From the NCBI GenBank assembly GCA_000002445.1, contig AL929603.2:64001-128000 (forward strand): 64,000 bases of DNA, written 5' to 3'. Of the stretch, positions 61,501 through 64,000 are shown in pieces. This DNA comes from Trypanosoma brucei (Eukaryota). The notes under the pieces were generated by a model. It was not told the DNA's origin. It did not search any database and was given only the letters and a program-made list of their open reading frames with translations. A program made the translations under genes and the position numbers. The stretch's first letter is position 1, and each line of letters opens with the position of its first letter.

Positions 61501-63723
61501 CGGAGGGGGAAGGAGCCACCGCGGCGAGAGCACTACGAATTGTGGACTGATGGATCCGTGTCCCTCGGTGAGAAGACCGGGGCAGCTGCCCTGCTCTATA
61601 GAAACAACACGCTGATTTGTGCACCAAAGACCGGAGCAGGGGAACTCTCATGCAGTTACAGAGCGGAATGCGTAGCATTAGAGATAGGACTGTAACGGCT
61701 GCTGAAATGGCTTCCGGCTTACAGAAGCACACCGAGCAGGTTGTCCATCTTCTCTGACTCGCTGTCAATGTTAACAGCACTGCAGGCAGGTCCACTAGCC
61801 GTAACGGACCCAATTCTGAGACGACTATGGAGGCTTCTGCTTCAAGTTCAGAGAAGGAAGGTGCGTATCCTAATTCAATTTATGTTCGGTCATTGTGATA
61901 TGAAACGGAATGAGGTTTGTGATGAAATGGCTAAAAAGGCCGCAGATTTACCACAGTTGCGAGACACATGGATCCCCGACATCATTGCTTATGCGAAGCG
62001 AGTGCTTAGGTCGGAAGAAGTCCATGAGAACACTCATAGGTTTGGTATCACTGGCAACCACTTTTCAACAAAATATAAAGAAGAACTGACGAGGGAAGAA
62101 GAAACGGCACTGGCACGCTTTCGGGTTGGGTCTTCAAGACACTATGGATGGATGTTGCGAAAGATCAACCCGAGTGTGCCTCCACAGTGCCGATGGTGCA
62201 ACCCGCAACATGCAGCGATAGGGCCAACAATACAAAAGGCCCCAACTGTTGCGACACGCACTCTTCAGAGAACCTCCGAACCGACCAAATGTACGGAATG
62301 TGATGCCACATACCAATGCCGCTCGAGTGCTGTAACGCATATGGTAAACAAACATGGCTTTGTGCGAGCTGATGCCCTCCGGAGGATCAAATACGGCGAT
62401 GCAACACCCGCAGTGGATATCCCCCCGGAGCCCCCTCCAGTGGTGGCGATCGTTCCCCTACCATCGAGCACACGAGTCCCGATGAGACCGCAGGTGCTTC
62501 ATTGTACCATCTGTGCCTCCAAATTCGCAGTGCCAGGCCGACTATTACACCACCTTAGAACAATACATGGCATAGGCAGCGGTAGTTTCCGCGTGAAAAG
62601 GGGGCGAGAGAACGAAGACTCATTGCAAGGAGATGGTAGCGCTCCAGCAGCGCCAGCCTCTCAGGATACACGGAAGCTGCCGTTTCAATGTGACCTGTGC
62701 GAGGCGAGCTTCGGTACACGTTCTTCCCTGACACTACACAAAAAATTCAAACATAAAAGCATAGTGACGGAGGACGGTACCGTGGTGTTAGTGCAATTCC
62801 CTCGTAAGCGTGCCCGTGAGGGAAACGTTGACGTCCCGGGGAAGGGCGAGGTGCAGTGTGGTGTGTGTGCCAAAAAGTGCTCAGTTGCAGGGACTCCCTC
62901 ATCCGACACTGTAAGGCTTTCCACAAAGGTGAGGAAGTCGAGCTTAAATGCAGCAAAAGCACAAAATTGTGTGCCACTGATTCCCCCCGTACAAACACAT
63001 CCATGTTGGTGTGCCCGACATGCGGAAGGCAGTGTGCTAGCAAAACTGGCCTCACCCTACATCAAAAGAAGATGCACGGTATGAAGGTAGAGCGCGCTGT
63101 AACCAGCCAACGCGGCGACTGCGAAGAAACGTCGCTGCACTTGATGAGCTGTCCCGGTTTGAAGAAGTTACGTGTCAGGTTTGCGGTAGAAGGTGAGTGT
63201 GTGCGGGATGTATGCTTCTCCAAAAGGCTGGCGCAATTTCTCATTGCGGTTGAACGGAGCCGGCCGCAGGTGAAGTCCTCACCTAAGGTAACAGTCATAC
63301 AACCCACTCTTCCTTCTGCAACTTCCCCCCTTATTGCCGAGTGTGGAGCTAGCAGGAAAAGCACCGGACGCAGGAATAGTCCAGACACCCTCAGAGACAG
63401 AGGAGGTATGCAGTCAACAAGCAACAGAAACAGAAAGAGGGGGAGAGAATAATAAACGAATAACAAAAATCAAAACAAAAGGATTGCCAATTGACATCTT
63501 TTGGAGAGTCCAGGGTGGGAGGCTTCTCGCCCCATCTGCTGTATTCCGTTCATATGCGGAAATACAACAAAAATTATAGAGAGTGTGTTAGGATGAATGA
63601 AAAAGGGAGACTCTGCCACAGTCGCCAGACCGATAGCATTTCAGGGCTCTACGGTGATGGCTGATGGCCGCGCCAGTGGGGGGAAACTCCCACGAAGGCA
63701 CGAAGAAAATTCAAAAAAAAAAA
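58518..63723 (+). mobile_element. ingi: ingi non-LTR retrotransposon copy 2, full length at 5206 bp but degenerate. The ORF is split into 58518..59674, 59668..61695, 61741..63084 and 62856..63452. Poly(A) at 63713..63723.
   Basis: Same 5' terminus and domain order as ingi-1 (about 98% aa identity where alignable). Lesions relative to copy 1: (i) an internal deletion of about 50 bp near 59600, causing a frameshift; (ii) a CAA to TAA nonsense codon at 61693..61695 (LEIGL* where copy 1 has LEIGLQ); (iii) a +2 (GT) expansion at about 62861..62869, causing a frameshift. Confidence 0.9.
58757..58780 (+). other. 2A-like motif DVEENPGP in ingi-2, identical to the one in ingi-1.
   Basis: gatgtggaagagaatcccggcccg; codons 124 to 131 of ORF 58388..59674. 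Confidence 0.85.
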
Positions 63724-63735
63724 TTCTCCTTCACA
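63724..63735. repeat. Target-site duplication, 3' copy, of ingi-2 (ttctccttcaca).
   Basis: Immediately follows the A11 run at 63713..63723. Confidence 0.85.
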
Positions 63736-63890
63736 AACTAAAGCATGATGCCAGAGTATTGCCTGTTACCGCATATTTTATAGGAGGTCATGCATGCATA
63801 TATATATGTATATGTATATATGTCTGTGTTGTATCTTGGAACGTTGCGCCCATATGGCAAATGGATTGGAAGACTGCTGCTGCATAAATT
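63724..63890 (+). pseudogene. RHS: Degenerate RHS pseudogene, 3' fragment resuming after the hot spot (KLKHDARVLPVTAYFIGGHACIY...).
   Basis: Collinear with RHS KLLHYEASQLQIIIYVVRGKAYVF. It then decays into a TA/TG-rich microsatellite and stop codons. Confidence 0.5.
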
Positions 63891-64000
63891 CATCAACCTT
63901 GGTCGCATCTATCGTACAGGAGATTCCGAAACGTATGTGTGCACGCTGCACTTTGAATCCGCATTGAGGGTGGTAACTTTCCAGTCGCGCAGAGACGTTG

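Noticed and set aside
1-64000. CRISPR arrays, prokaryotic operons, toxin-antitoxin pairs or defence islands.
   Set aside because: The repeats here are kb-scale segmental duplications of a eukaryotic gene array, not short direct repeats with spacers. The gene content (RHS, ingi with poly(A) and TSD, 2A peptide, GRESAG4, LRRP) is kinetoplastid. No Shine-Dalgarno or operon organisation is present.

Overview
This window is eukaryotic, not prokaryotic. It looks like an African-trypanosome (Trypanosoma brucei-group) subtelomere-like RHS/ingi cluster. I base that on a multigene family matching retrotransposon hot spot (RHS) proteins, two ingi-type non-LTR retrotransposons, a receptor-type adenylate cyclase (GRESAG4/ESAG4-like) pseudogene and a large leucine-rich-repeat (LRRP-like) gene. 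I saw no CRISPR arrays, operons, sigma promoters or prokaryotic defence systems.

Layout: positions 1 to about 38078 are a minus-strand tandem array of an approximately 15.9-kb dimer unit, repeated about 2.1 times. Each unit is arranged as [A flank]-[RHS type 1]-[B flank]-[C flank]-[RHS type 2]-[B flank].
- The two type-1 RHS genes (5904..8405 and 21854..24355, 833 aa each) are intact and differ at only 2 codons.
- One type-2 copy (11424..13915) carries a 1-bp deletion in a homopolymer and is frameshifted.
- The other type-2 copy (27365..35081) is split by a 5254-bp ingi element (28798..34051, minus strand). The ingi sits in frame at the RHS hot spot just after the P-loop. It has a perfect 12-bp target-site duplication, a poly(A) tail, a single uninterrupted ORF of about 1660 codons (AP endonuclease, reverse transcriptase, RNase H, C2H2 fingers) and an N-terminal 2A-like DVEENPGP motif.

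Positions 38079..44071 are unique, GC-richer DNA with no long ORFs. This is where coding strand polarity switches (divergent). To the right, on the plus strand:
- a truncated, frameshifted GRESAG4 adenylate cyclase pseudogene (44072..46958);
- a 1393-aa LRR protein gene (49137..53318);
- AT-rich intergenic DNA;
- a very degenerate RHS pseudogene split at the same hot spot by a second, plus-strand ingi (58518..63723), which has a perfect 12-bp TSD but three disabling lesions.

The supplied ORF track uses alternative start codons (TTG/GTG shown as M), so its 'M' starts are not reliable ATGs. All coordinates were anchored to ORF-track frames where possible.
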